NCBI GenBank assembly: GCA_964609095.1
Contig: CAZSQN010000002.1
Coordinates: 152,066 to 216,065, forward strand
Origin: an uncultured Gammaproteobacteria bacterium
GTDB lineage: Bacteria; Patescibacteriota; Patescibacteriia; CAZSQN01
Length of the DNA stretch: 64,000 nt
Reading direction: 5' to 3'
Positions 39,011 to 47,224 of the stretch are shown here, in pieces (position 1 is the first letter of the stretch; every line of letters starts with the position of its first letter). The translations under genes and the position numbers were made by a program. Below the pieces are notes generated by a model that did not search any database, had not been told where the DNA came from, and saw nothing but the letters and a program-made list of their open reading frames with translations.

Positions 39011-39084
39011 ATAGGGTATAGGGTTTAGCGTTTAGGGTTTAGAAAAATTCACTGAACGCTATACGCTAACCGCTGAACGCTAAA
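39011..39084. repeat. tandem-heptamer hairpin, family C copy 1 (GTTTAGC/GTTTAGG arms)
   Basis: gggtttagcgtttagggtttag ... cgctatacgctaaccgctgaacgctaa; fills the infC-rpmI intercistronic gap. Confidence 0.7.
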
Positions 39085-39088
39085 ATCT

Positions 39089-39283
39089 ATGAAACTAAAA
39101 ACCCAAAAAACCGTTGCTAAAAGATACAGAATCACCAAAAGCGGGAAGATTATGCGCAAAACCTCCGGGCAGGACCATTTTAACGCGCGCGAATCAGGCA
39201 ATGTAACGCGGGCCAAACGTTCCGACGCTCCCGCGCACCAAACAGATTTGAAATCAATTAAACAATATATACCGTATCGGTAA
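39089..39283 (+). CDS. rpmI: 50S ribosomal protein L35
   Basis: MKLKTQKTVAKRYRITKSGKIMRK... Confidence 0.85.
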   Translation: MKLKTQKTVAKRYRITKSGKIMRKTSGQDHFNARESGNVTRAKRSDAPAHQTDLKSIKQYIPYR

Positions 39284-39287
39284 TTAA

Positions 39288-39356
39288 AGGGTAGAGGGTT
39301 TAGCGTTTAGGGTTTAGGCAAAAAAATCTAACCGCTAAACGCTAACCGCTAAACGC
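39288..39356. repeat. tandem-heptamer hairpin, family C copy 2
   Basis: gggtttagcgtttagggtttagg ... ctaaccgctaaacgctaaccgctaaacgc; fills the rpmI-rplT gap. Confidence 0.7.
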
Positions 39357-39364
39357 TATTATTT

Positions 39365-39709
39365 ATGCCGCGAGTCAAACGAGGAACGCATAGGATAAAA
39401 AGACGCAAAAACATCTTAAAACGGGTAAAGGGCTACCGCTGGGGCAGAAAGAGCAAAATCACCCTGGCCAAAACTGCGGCGCTTAAAGCCGGCCGCTATG
39501 CTTATCGCGACCGTCGGCGTCTAAAGCGCGACAAGCGCTCTCTTTGGATTGTCCGGCTTAACGCCGCCTTGCGCGAACAGGGAACGCACTACGCGCCGTT
39601 TATCCATCAGCTTAAAACCGCCAATGTGCTTTTGGACAGAAAAATCCTTTCCGAACTTGCGGCGCATTACGGTCCGGTATTCAATGAGATATTAAAACGG
39701 GTAAAATAA
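39365..39709 (+). CDS. rplT: 50S ribosomal protein L20
   Basis: MPRVKRGTHRIKRRKNILK... Confidence 0.9.
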   Translation: MPRVKRGTHRIKRRKNILKRVKGYRWGRKSKITLAKTAALKAGRYAYRDRRRLKRDKRSLWIVRLNAALREQGTHYAPFIHQLKTANVLLDRKILSELAAHYGPVFNEILKRVK

Positions 39710-39851
39710 AGCGTCCATCCCGCCGTCGCGGGATGGCATCTGGGCGCTTTTCCGCGCAATGTGTCGGCTCCGCCGACTGTATTTATAAGGCCTTTTATCC
39801 ACTGCCTTACGACCGCGAATAAAAGACATCGCGGTAAACAAATAAAAAAAT

Positions 39852-39885
39852 CCCCTCCGAACTTATTCGGAGGGGTTTTGTTTTA
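39852..39885. terminator. bidirectional intrinsic terminator cccctccgaa-ctta-ttcggagggg flanked by A/T runs
   Basis: 10-bp GC stem; T-tract TTTTGTTTT on plus, A-tract upstream. Between convergent rplT and protease genes. Confidence 0.65.
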
Positions 39886-40650
39886 AAGAGCCGGAGGGCT
39901 GGCATGGACGCCGCGCCTGTTAACGCGGGGGGCTTGTCTGTTTAACCTGTTTCGCAGCAGTCCTTCGGCCGCCCTTTCTATAGGCACGGCAAAAGTGACC
40001 AAATCAACAGCCACGCTTCTTGGCGGGGATGAGGTGACTATGCCCACAAGCCGCCCCCGCTCGTCAACCACCGGGCCGCCGGAAGCGCCTCCCCGCACAG
40101 GCATCAGAATCTCCATTCTGTTAGACGCCATTTCCGAAAAGGGATTGACGAGCGCTCCGGCCGTCCAACCGGTATCGTCCATGCCCACCCGCCAGAGCAG
40201 GTCGCCCCGTTCTATTTCATTCATATTTCCCAAACGGAAAAATTTCGTTTCAGTCCGCCTTTTAAGGCGCAGGAGCGCCAAATCATTTGGCGGATCACGG
40301 GCCACAAGCTCGGCCTCTTCTTTTTCGCCGCACTTGATCGCGCTATGTTCCGCTTCCAGAACGCATCTATGAACATAGACGGCCGCAAACTGTCCGCCCA
40401 AAACATGATTGGCGGTAAGAATTAAACCGTTGCCGGAGACAAAAGCTCCGGTTCCTTTATTGGTAAAAGTTCCGGAAGTATTGCCCAAAGAAACAACTTC
40501 AATCATTGCCGAACGTTCAACCGCTGACGCCAAAAAAGCATTGCCGTTATCGTCAAACGGGTATCTGTCAAGCCAACGGATATTGGCGCGCGAGGCGCAG
40601 CAGGAAGAGATAAAAATTAAAAACAACCAAAGTCCTTTGCCATACCTCAC
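39883..40650 (-). CDS. secreted trypsin-like serine protease (S1 family)
   Basis: Signal peptide; catalytic triad motifs TANHV, DLALLRL, GGASGGPVV. Confidence 0.7.
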   Translation of the reverse strand: MRYGKGLWLFLIFISSCCASRANIRWLDRYPFDDNGNAFLASAVERSAMIEVVSLGNTSGTFTNKGTGAFVSGNGLILTANHVLGGQFAAVYVHRCVLEAEHSAIKCGEKEEAELVARDPPNDLALLRLKRRTETKFFRLGNMNEIERGDLLWRVGMDDTGWTAGALVNPFSEMASNRMEILMPVRGGASGGPVVDERGRLVGIVTSSPPRSVAVDLVTFAVPIERAAEGLLRNRLNRQAPRVNRRGVHASPPAL

Positions 40651-40974
40651 TTTTTTCTCCTTGCCCCGAGCGCTTTGAGGGGCTTTGTCAATGTACTACC
40701 CAGACATTAACAAAAAACTCTATTAAAATCAATCAGCATCGCGCTAGCGCGCAATTGAGGAAAACAAAAAACAGATTAAAAAACAAACTGGTCCGATCGG
40801 ACCAAAGTATTATCTGTAAAAAAATTTTAATATTTAAAATATGAAATTAATTGTATTCCCAATCCCCTATTACTTGCTATAGCAAGTAATAGGGGACAGA
40901 TGATATCTTTCCTTCCAAAATTAAAAACGCCCGCCTCTCCGAAGAGAAGCGGACGCAAAGAGCTAATGAGAAAG

Positions 40975-41382
40975 CTAATTGGCGGAAATGTCCGCGCCGC
41001 GGCGCCTGGATGGCGCAAAATGCGTCTTTGTTTCCGCCACATACTTCCGGTGTCGTTCCAAGCGCGAACGCAGTTCGCAAATTTCCGCTGAAACGCCGCT
41101 TCGCTCCTGAATCTTTTGCGCCAACTCGCGGCGGCCGGCTTCTCCGCGCTTCAGGCTAAGCATGGAGATTTCCGCGTCCAAAGCGGCATAGCGCAAACTG
41201 CGCTGGCGAAGCACCGCGCGAAGCGCTTTGCCGCGAAGCTCCAGCTCGCGGAGGTAATCATCCGGACGGAGCAGCTTCGCGCGCCGCTTTTCCCGCCGTT
41301 CCATCAAGTAGACGGCGAGAAAAAGCAAGCCGCAAAAGATGATGAGAACAAACGTGTACGTGTGCCAGTTCTGCCAGACCAT
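40975..41382 (-). CDS. hypothetical membrane-anchored coiled-coil protein (GC-rich island)
   Basis: N-terminal TM helix then Arg/Glu/Leu-rich heptad-like region; high GC3. Confidence 0.35.
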   Translation of the reverse strand: MVWQNWHTYTFVLIIFCGLLFLAVYLMERREKRRAKLLRPDDYLRELELRGKALRAVLRQRSLRYAALDAEISMLSLKRGEAGRRELAQKIQERSGVSAEICELRSRLERHRKYVAETKTHFAPSRRRGADISAN

Positions 41383-41410
41383 TTGGTCCTCCTTTGGTTA
41401 TTGGAAGGAA

Positions 41411-42097
41411 CTACCAGTTCTCGCAGTTCAACGCGCGCTGTCCCGGCGTCAAACGATTGCCGTCGCACATGAGCTTGGTAATCTGCTCCACGCCCTGGCG
41501 CGGATTGCCAGCAACCAGAGCGCAAGACCCGTAGTCCTCTGCGTGCTCCGAAGGAGTTACCACAATGAAGTGGTCGCCGGTTCCGCTCAAGTCGGAGCAG
41601 AGCTCGGCGCCTAAATCAATGCACTCCTCCAGCCCGCTATCGCTCTGCAGCGGCTCGTCTGTGAAAAGAACGATGACGCGCTCGGCTTCCTCGTCCCAAG
41701 TGAACGGAAGTTCGCCAGTAGCCAGATCGGAAACCGCCTCGAAAGTCGGCTCCGTTCTGAAACCGCGCCATTCACGTGTGGCAGATCGGAAAGAGAAGGC
41801 AAAATCAGTGAAAGCAACGAGTTCCGAGTAAATTGACGGGTTGAAATCCGTCTTGCCCTCTTGCGAGACCGTCACGATTCCCATGCGGACGGACTCGTCC
41901 GCGAAAATCCACCAGCGCGACGCATAGGCGTCTTCGATGGCGTTGTGCGTTCTCTCCATGGAAGGACTTGTGTCCACGACGAATACGATGTTGTATGCTG
42001 GCTGGACACACTGCTCGCCATAGGCCGCCTGCGCCAAAGGCGCAAACGAGAAAACGACACACACGGCCACGAACAAACGAATGTTCCAGAGTTTCAT
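41411..42097 (-). CDS. secreted von Willebrand factor type A (vWA) domain protein
   Basis: Signal peptide ending AQAA; MIDAS-type DxSxS motif VVDTSPSM early in the mature chain. Confidence 0.55.
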   Translation of the reverse strand: MKLWNIRLFVAVCVVFSFAPLAQAAYGEQCVQPAYNIVFVVDTSPSMERTHNAIEDAYASRWWIFADESVRMGIVTVSQEGKTDFNPSIYSELVAFTDFAFSFRSATREWRGFRTEPTFEAVSDLATGELPFTWDEEAERVIVLFTDEPLQSDSGLEECIDLGAELCSDLSGTGDHFIVVTPSEHAEDYGSCALVAGNPRQGVEQITKLMCDGNRLTPGQRALNCENW

Positions 42098-42210
42098 CTG
42101 CTTTTCTCCTTGTTTGTCGAAGGTCTAAGCTCATCACACCTATTGTGATGGCCTTAGATTTCGGGGCGAGTGATTTTTAAGCACTCGCCCTGGGTCAAAA
42201 GAACTTGTTG

Positions 42211-42489
42211 TTACTTTTCGTCACAGTGGCAACAATGTACAACACCGTCGCCATCGCAGTGAAAACAGAGATCATCGGAGGCACCGCTGTTGGTGCTGAA
42301 AACGCCGTTACCTGCGCAATCGGGGCAAATGATATACCCCTTATCGTTGCAGAGACGGCAGCTCACTGCCCGTTCTCGGCAGAAATTTGCGCACCATCCA
42401 TTCAAATTCTTCTCGCCGCCGCACTTGGAGCAGCGATCGGCAGTGAAGATGCGCTGGCCGATCTCCAAACCGTGTTCACAGGCCGCCAT
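42211..42489 (-). CDS. small cysteine-rich protein with four CxxCxGxG motifs (DnaJ-type zinc-finger-like)
   Basis: CSKCGGEK, CRLCNDKG, CPDCAGNG, CFHCDGDG plus terminal HCCHCDE. Chosen over the antisense 299-aa plus-strand ORF because of this motif periodicity. Confidence 0.5.
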   Translation of the reverse strand: MAACEHGLEIGQRIFTADRCSKCGGEKNLNGWCANFCRERAVSCRLCNDKGYIICPDCAGNGVFSTNSGASDDLCFHCDGDGVVHCCHCDEK

Positions 42490-42501
42490 TGTCTTCTCCT
42501 T

Positions 42502-42981
42502 TCATGGCAAAATTATTTCGCATCCCGGAGCATGGACGAGGTGGGGCATATCGTCAATGATCTGGACGCCGGTAATTCCCAGCGCCTCAAAATCCTTGGC
42601 GAGCTTAAACCTCTCCTCATCTTCTCCGTTTACTACCACCGTAAAAGTTTGAATGACCTTGTTCGGAGGATTCAAGATCAGCCGCGGACGCGGCAAGGAA
42701 GCGAAACGACCCTTCTCAAAGAAGAAATCTCGCGCTCCCGCCGGATTCCAGGTCTGGATGATGAACGGCTCCTCGGCCAGAAACTCGTGAAGCAACTTGC
42801 CGCAGAGCCAATCGCGGCCAGTCCATCCGTTGTCGTCGGAAATGGTCTGGTCAAAATCAATGAAGCGGCGGACGCTTCCGATGATCTCACGGACTTGCTC
42901 GCCCGTGAGCGTGGCCGGATTCGGCCAGGCCACGAAATCAAGCAAATCGTGATCAGAGAACATGATTTTTTCCTTTTTCAA
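42502..42981 (-). CDS. hypothetical protein (GC-rich island)
   Basis: 159 aa, no recognisable motif; co-oriented and tightly spaced with neighbours. Confidence 0.35.
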   Translation of the reverse strand: MKKEKIMFSDHDLLDFVAWPNPATLTGEQVREIIGSVRRFIDFDQTISDDNGWTGRDWLCGKLLHEFLAEEPFIIQTWNPAGARDFFFEKGRFASLPRPRLILNPPNKVIQTFTVVVNGEDEERFKLAKDFEALGITGVQIIDDMPHLVHAPGCEIILP

Positions 42982-43074
42982 AGATTCCTCTTAATCCCCC
43001 TCCGCAGAATTGCAGAGAGGAACTTAGTGGGAACCCCGACAAAGAAATATGTCGGGGAGTTGGAAAGAACATTT

Positions 43075-43476
43075 TCAGCGACGGGAAGCGTAGGCGAAGC
43101 TTGAACGCTGCCGGATGGCCGTGTAGCCGTTCACGATGACGAGGGGCTTGCGCATTGCCTCTTCCAGAATCTGGCGGATGCGCCCTTCGTTGCGGCTGGA
43201 AAGCCGCGGGGCGATGACCGTCACCTTGACGGTGGTGGCGCCTGGATGTGGAAGAACATCCACGAAGAGCTCGAAACGCGGAAGAATCCGCGCAAGCTCA
43301 TCGCGCACCGCAACCGCGTAGGTTTGGGCGACCACGCGGCCACCGGTGACCACCTGAACCTCGTGATGCAAGGGCTCGGCATCGGCCTCGCTAATGAAAG
43401 CGAAGAAAGCCGCGGCCAAGAGGGCTCCGAGCGCGAACGCGAACAACAATTTGCTCTTCATCTCTTTCCTCCTCAT
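43075..43476 (-). CDS. hypothetical secreted protein (signal peptide)
   Basis: Signal-peptide-like N-terminus (hydrophobic stretch ending ADAE); ATGA overlap with the upstream gene. Confidence 0.35.
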   Translation of the reverse strand: MRRKEMKSKLLFAFALGALLAAAFFAFISEADAEPLHHEVQVVTGGRVVAQTYAVAVRDELARILPRFELFVDVLPHPGATTVKVTVIAPRLSSRNEGRIRQILEEAMRKPLVIVNGYTAIRQRSSFAYASRR

Positions 43477-43976
43477 CTTGCGTTGTTTGTTCTCTGAACT
43501 CGCGCCGTTCTCAAAACGATGACGCGAGCAAGATGTTCCTCTTGCGGAACGGCCTTGTTCGCGTTTCCGCCGGCCTTCTCTTCCGCGAGAAAGTTGAACT
43601 TTGCTCGCAAAGAGTCCTGCCAGGAAAGAAGCCGACCCATTCCGTCTGAAGGCAGGTTTTCGCCCTCGTTCTTGGCGGCGGAGAAGATGCTGATGAGCCG
43701 AGAAACACGGAGCATCTCCCCAAAGATTTCGTCCATTTGCCTTTCTCTCTCTTCCCTTTTGAGGTCAGAGAGCAGGACCGACGCGGAAGGCGGGTTGAAC
43801 GCAACCGACCACACCTCGCGCTTTCGGAACCGAACGGCCGGCGTAGTGAAAGCTTTCACCGTCAGCACGAAACAAAACCCGATTGCAAACAGCGCGTACA
43901 TGCAGTAGACCACTTTATCCTCCTTGCCCCCAACGAAGTCGAGGGGCTTGTTGTTGAATGTCCTATGAGCTCCCAA
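43473..43976 (-). CDS. hypothetical membrane-anchored protein; first gene of island operon
   Basis: TM helix (YALFAIGFCFVLTV) then charged region; start uncertain (the Met at 43901 is equally plausible). Confidence 0.35.
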   Translation of the reverse strand: MGAHRTFNNKPLDFVGGKEDKVVYCMYALFAIGFCFVLTVKAFTTPAVRFRKREVWSVAFNPPSASVLLSDLKREERERQMDEIFGEMLRVSRLISIFSAAKNEGENLPSDGMGRLLSWQDSLRAKFNFLAEEKAGGNANKAVPQEEHLARVIVLRTARVQRTNNAR

Positions 43977-44067
43977 TCACCATGATTGATTTCTCAATTG
44001 GATTTCCAAATGTTTTTAACATACACACATTTGGCAGATTTTTTAATAACTGTTATATTATATTTAT

Positions 44068-44433
44068 ATGAACAATGAGCCAACAACCAATGAAGTTCTT
44101 GAAGCAATCAACACTCTGTCAACTCATATTGATGAACGTTTTACGCGAGTTGAAAATGATATCACTGGCATAAAAGGTGATATCACTGGCATAAAAGGTG
44201 ATATCACTGGCATAAAAGGTGAGATTATCGAAATCAAGGCCACCATGGTTACTAAGGATTATCTTGATGACAAACTTGCAGATTTGCGAGGCGACCTTGT
44301 GGTCTTGATGCGCAAGGAAGACAAAAAGGTTCAGAGTTTGGTGGAATTGCTTCACTCTAAAAAAGTCATTTCCGAAGAAGAAGCCAAGCGCATTCTCTCC
44401 ATGGATCTTTTTCCGCAAGTTTCTCTGCGATAA
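44068..44433 (+). CDS. hypothetical protein containing three perfect tandem DITGIKG heptapeptide repeats
   Basis: Perfect 21-bp x3 DNA tandem repeat at 44157-44219 (gatatcactggcataaaaggt); remainder predicted helical/coiled-coil; AT-rich. Confidence 0.45.
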   Translation: MNNEPTTNEVLEAINTLSTHIDERFTRVENDITGIKGDITGIKGDITGIKGEIIEIKATMVTKDYLDDKLADLRGDLVVLMRKEDKKVQSLVELLHSKKVISEEEAKRILSMDLFPQVSLR

Positions 44434-44460
44434 TTACTTGCAGAAAAGATTTTACTTTTG

Positions 44461-44490
44461 CGCCCCGCGTAGGCGGGGTGTTTTTATTTT
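44461..44490 (+). terminator. intrinsic terminator cgccccgcgtaggcggggtg + TTTTTATTTT
   Basis: 8-bp GC stem, T-tract; 28 nt after the 44068..44433 stop. Confidence 0.65.
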
Positions 44491-44826
44491 CTTTCCTTTC
44501 CTCCTTATTCTCCTAGTCGTGCGACTAAGCGACTATTTGAATGTCCGCTCGCCAGTTCGGCGAGCGGTCGCTGATGTAGCGACCGAATCTCGCAGACCGC
44601 TACGCACCATGCGTAACGACCTATGAATTCGCCCCCACAACCAATTTTCATTGGTGTGAGGGGTAAAGGGCGAGTGGTTTTACAACCATTTCAATTGCCT
44701 CATAAAGAGCTTTATTTGTATTTATTACTATAGCACACTGGGGATAAGTTGTCAAGGACATATAGACGATTTTAGAGTGAAATAGTCATTTTAAGCCATT
44801 TTTTATGTTAAAAATACCTAACAAAA

Positions 44827-44850
44827 TACCCTCTTATCAGAGGGTATAAC
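44827..44850 (-). terminator. intrinsic terminator for thrC (taccctc-ttatcag-agggta then U-tract on minus strand)
   Basis: Hairpin directly after thrC stop; minus-strand downstream sequence ttttgtt. Confidence 0.5.
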
Positions 44851-46128
44851 TTAAAGAACTTTTTTCAGCTCATCCAAAGTCGGCTCAATCACCACCGATC
44901 TATTGGCCAAAGGCGAATCTGATTCGTGGAAATTCAGAGTTGCCGTCTGGTCTTTTAAGAAATGTCCGGTCAAAATACAGACAACAAAATCGCTCTCCTC
45001 TATAATTCCGCTCGCCCGCAGTTTCAGAAGTCCGGCCAAAGTGGCGCAGCTTGCCGGTTCCGCGCCAACGCCTTCGCGGTCAAGCAGGGCTTTGGCCTCC
45101 ATAATCTCCTCATCGCTTACTTTTTCCACCACGCCTCTGGTAAACCTGATGGCTTGCGCCGCTTTACTATGATTTATCGGAACGCCTATTTCAATGGCCG
45201 AGGCGATTGTTTTCGCCTCCGGCAGAACAAAGCGCATAGTGAAATTTTCCCTAAACGCTCTATAAAACGGATTGGCGCCCTTGGCCTGGATTACGGCAAG
45301 GCGCGGCATTTGCGAATAATCTATCACGCCCGCAAGAAATATCTCCCTAAGGGCTTTGCCAAAAGCGGAAACATTTCCCAAATTGCCGCCCGGCAGAATA
45401 ATCCAATTTGGCAACTGCCAATGCAGCTGCTCCAGCAGTTCCCAGATAATCGTCTTCTGCCCTTCCAAACGGACGGGATTAATGGAATTCACAACATGCA
45501 GTCCCAGTTCCGAACCGTGAGCGGCCACCAGCTTCATGCAGGCGTCAAAGTTGCCGCGCACTTTGATAACGCGGGCGCCATAAGCAATTGCTTGCGAGAC
45601 CTTGCCCAAAGCCACACGTTCGCTGGGCATCAGGATATAAGCGCGCATTCCCGCGGCGCGGGCATAGCTTGCGACAGAGGCCGCCGTATTGCCGGTGCTG
45701 GCGCATAGAAGCGCGCGGCTGCCAAGATGCTTTGCCCAAGAAACAACAACAGTCATGCCGCGATCCTTAAAGGAGCCGGTCGGATTCTCGCCTTCATGCT
45801 TAAACATCAATTTGCGCACGGCCGCCATCTCCGCCAGCTTGGAAAATTCATAGACGCGCGTATTGCCTTCCGCTCTTGAAATAATTTTTTCGTCCGGAAA
45901 TCCGGGCAGAATAAGATCGCGATAACGCCAAACGCCGGAGGAGTCCGGCAAATTTTTAGCTCCCCATCTGCGCTCCAAAATCCGCATCCAGTTCTGCCAT
46001 CTCAATTGAGCCAATACTTCGCTATGGTCAACTTCCAAGAGCCCGCCGCATTCGCAGAGATTGCGTCCGGAAAGCAAGGGGTATTTCCGCTCGCAAGAAC
46101 TTTGAACGCACTTCAAAACCGATTTCAT
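44851..46128 (-). CDS. thrC: threonine synthase
   Basis: PLP-lysine motif FKDRGM, 425 aa, ThrC N-terminal Cys cluster. Confidence 0.85.
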   Translation of the reverse strand: MKSVLKCVQSSCERKYPLLSGRNLCECGGLLEVDHSEVLAQLRWQNWMRILERRWGAKNLPDSSGVWRYRDLILPGFPDEKIISRAEGNTRVYEFSKLAEMAAVRKLMFKHEGENPTGSFKDRGMTVVVSWAKHLGSRALLCASTGNTAASVASYARAAGMRAYILMPSERVALGKVSQAIAYGARVIKVRGNFDACMKLVAAHGSELGLHVVNSINPVRLEGQKTIIWELLEQLHWQLPNWIILPGGNLGNVSAFGKALREIFLAGVIDYSQMPRLAVIQAKGANPFYRAFRENFTMRFVLPEAKTIASAIEIGVPINHSKAAQAIRFTRGVVEKVSDEEIMEAKALLDREGVGAEPASCATLAGLLKLRASGIIEESDFVVCILTGHFLKDQTATLNFHESDSPLANRSVVIEPTLDELKKVL

Positions 46129-46162
46129 TTCTCTTCTCCTTTTTTCACGGTTTTCTCAAAAA

Positions 46163-47179
46163 TTATTCCGCTCCAAGCAGTTTCGCCCCGGCTGAACTGA
46201 ATTGGCTCCCATAGGCGTTTCCTCTGCCAAAGGCAGAAGCCATCGCCGCCGCGATCATCAGCGCTTGGTGATAGCTTTCCGCAACCACAAATAACGACGG
46301 TCCGGCTCCTGATAATCCAATGGCGGCTTTTGCGCCAAGATGCTTTGCCGCGCTTTTGGCAACGGCAACGGCCTTGGCATATATTCTCTTTCCGTAAAAT
46401 TCAAACCGTTTTGGCGTCACCAACTCATCGCTTTCAACAATGGAAACAAACTCGTCAAAATCACGATGAGAGATCGCCTCAATCAGGCCAAGAGATGCTT
46501 TGGCTGACCTTTCGCGAACTTCAAACCAAAATCCAATATCTTGAGGCAAAATCTCGCGGCTGGACTTAGTTGATTCCTTGGAAAACGGCGGCGTAAAAAC
46601 CGCTATACCCCAATCAGGCAAGTCGTGGATAAACTTAGCGCGCACGTTTTTATCATCTTCGCTGATTATTGATGTAAATCCGCCCAAAAGAGAAGCCGCC
46701 GCATTATCATAATGAGCAACTCCGGAAGAAACGGCCTCAACACCTCCGGCAAGTTTAACGGCCTCTGAAAGACGAAATCCGGCGTTTAACTTCTTATTAA
46801 ATGCCTGATTCTTCCCGACAAGGGCTGAGGCGCTGACTAGTCCGGCAACTGCCGAAGCCGCTGATGAGCCAAGCCCGTATCCCGCCGGCACGCCTTTCCA
46901 AACCCCGACTTCAATGCCGATTGATTTTTCCCAATCAGGCGCGAGCGCGTCTAAAGCAACTTTAACCGCGATGGACGCGATGTTTTCTGCCGGATTGTCC
47001 GAGGTTCCCAAAAGCAAACTGTCTTTGGATAAGACAACGCCGCGAAGGCGGCTGTTTGCTTTTACGGAAACAACATCCCAAAAATACGGAAAAGACAAAC
47101 CCACTCTGTCAAAACCAGGTCCAAGATTGGCGATGGAAGCCGGCGCCTTTGCGCGCGCTTCGCTGTATTCCAATTTCAT
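46163..47179 (-). CDS. thrB: homoserine kinase (GHMP kinase)
   Basis: PASIANLGPGFDRVGLS GHMP motif. Confidence 0.8.
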   Translation of the reverse strand: MKLEYSEARAKAPASIANLGPGFDRVGLSFPYFWDVVSVKANSRLRGVVLSKDSLLLGTSDNPAENIASIAVKVALDALAPDWEKSIGIEVGVWKGVPAGYGLGSSAASAVAGLVSASALVGKNQAFNKKLNAGFRLSEAVKLAGGVEAVSSGVAHYDNAAASLLGGFTSIISEDDKNVRAKFIHDLPDWGIAVFTPPFSKESTKSSREILPQDIGFWFEVRERSAKASLGLIEAISHRDFDEFVSIVESDELVTPKRFEFYGKRIYAKAVAVAKSAAKHLGAKAAIGLSGAGPSLFVVAESYHQALMIAAAMASAFGRGNAYGSQFSSAGAKLLGAE

Positions 47180-47224
47180 TCTAATTCTCCTTTGTAAAAG
47201 AACAAGATAACTTTAATGGAAAAA

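Noticed and set aside
42205-43104. 299-aa plus-strand ORF spanning the GC-rich island
   Set aside because: It is antisense to two minus-strand ORFs, one of which carries four regularly spaced CxxCxGxG motifs. Long spurious antisense ORFs are expected in high-GC DNA, and this one shows no recognisable motif.
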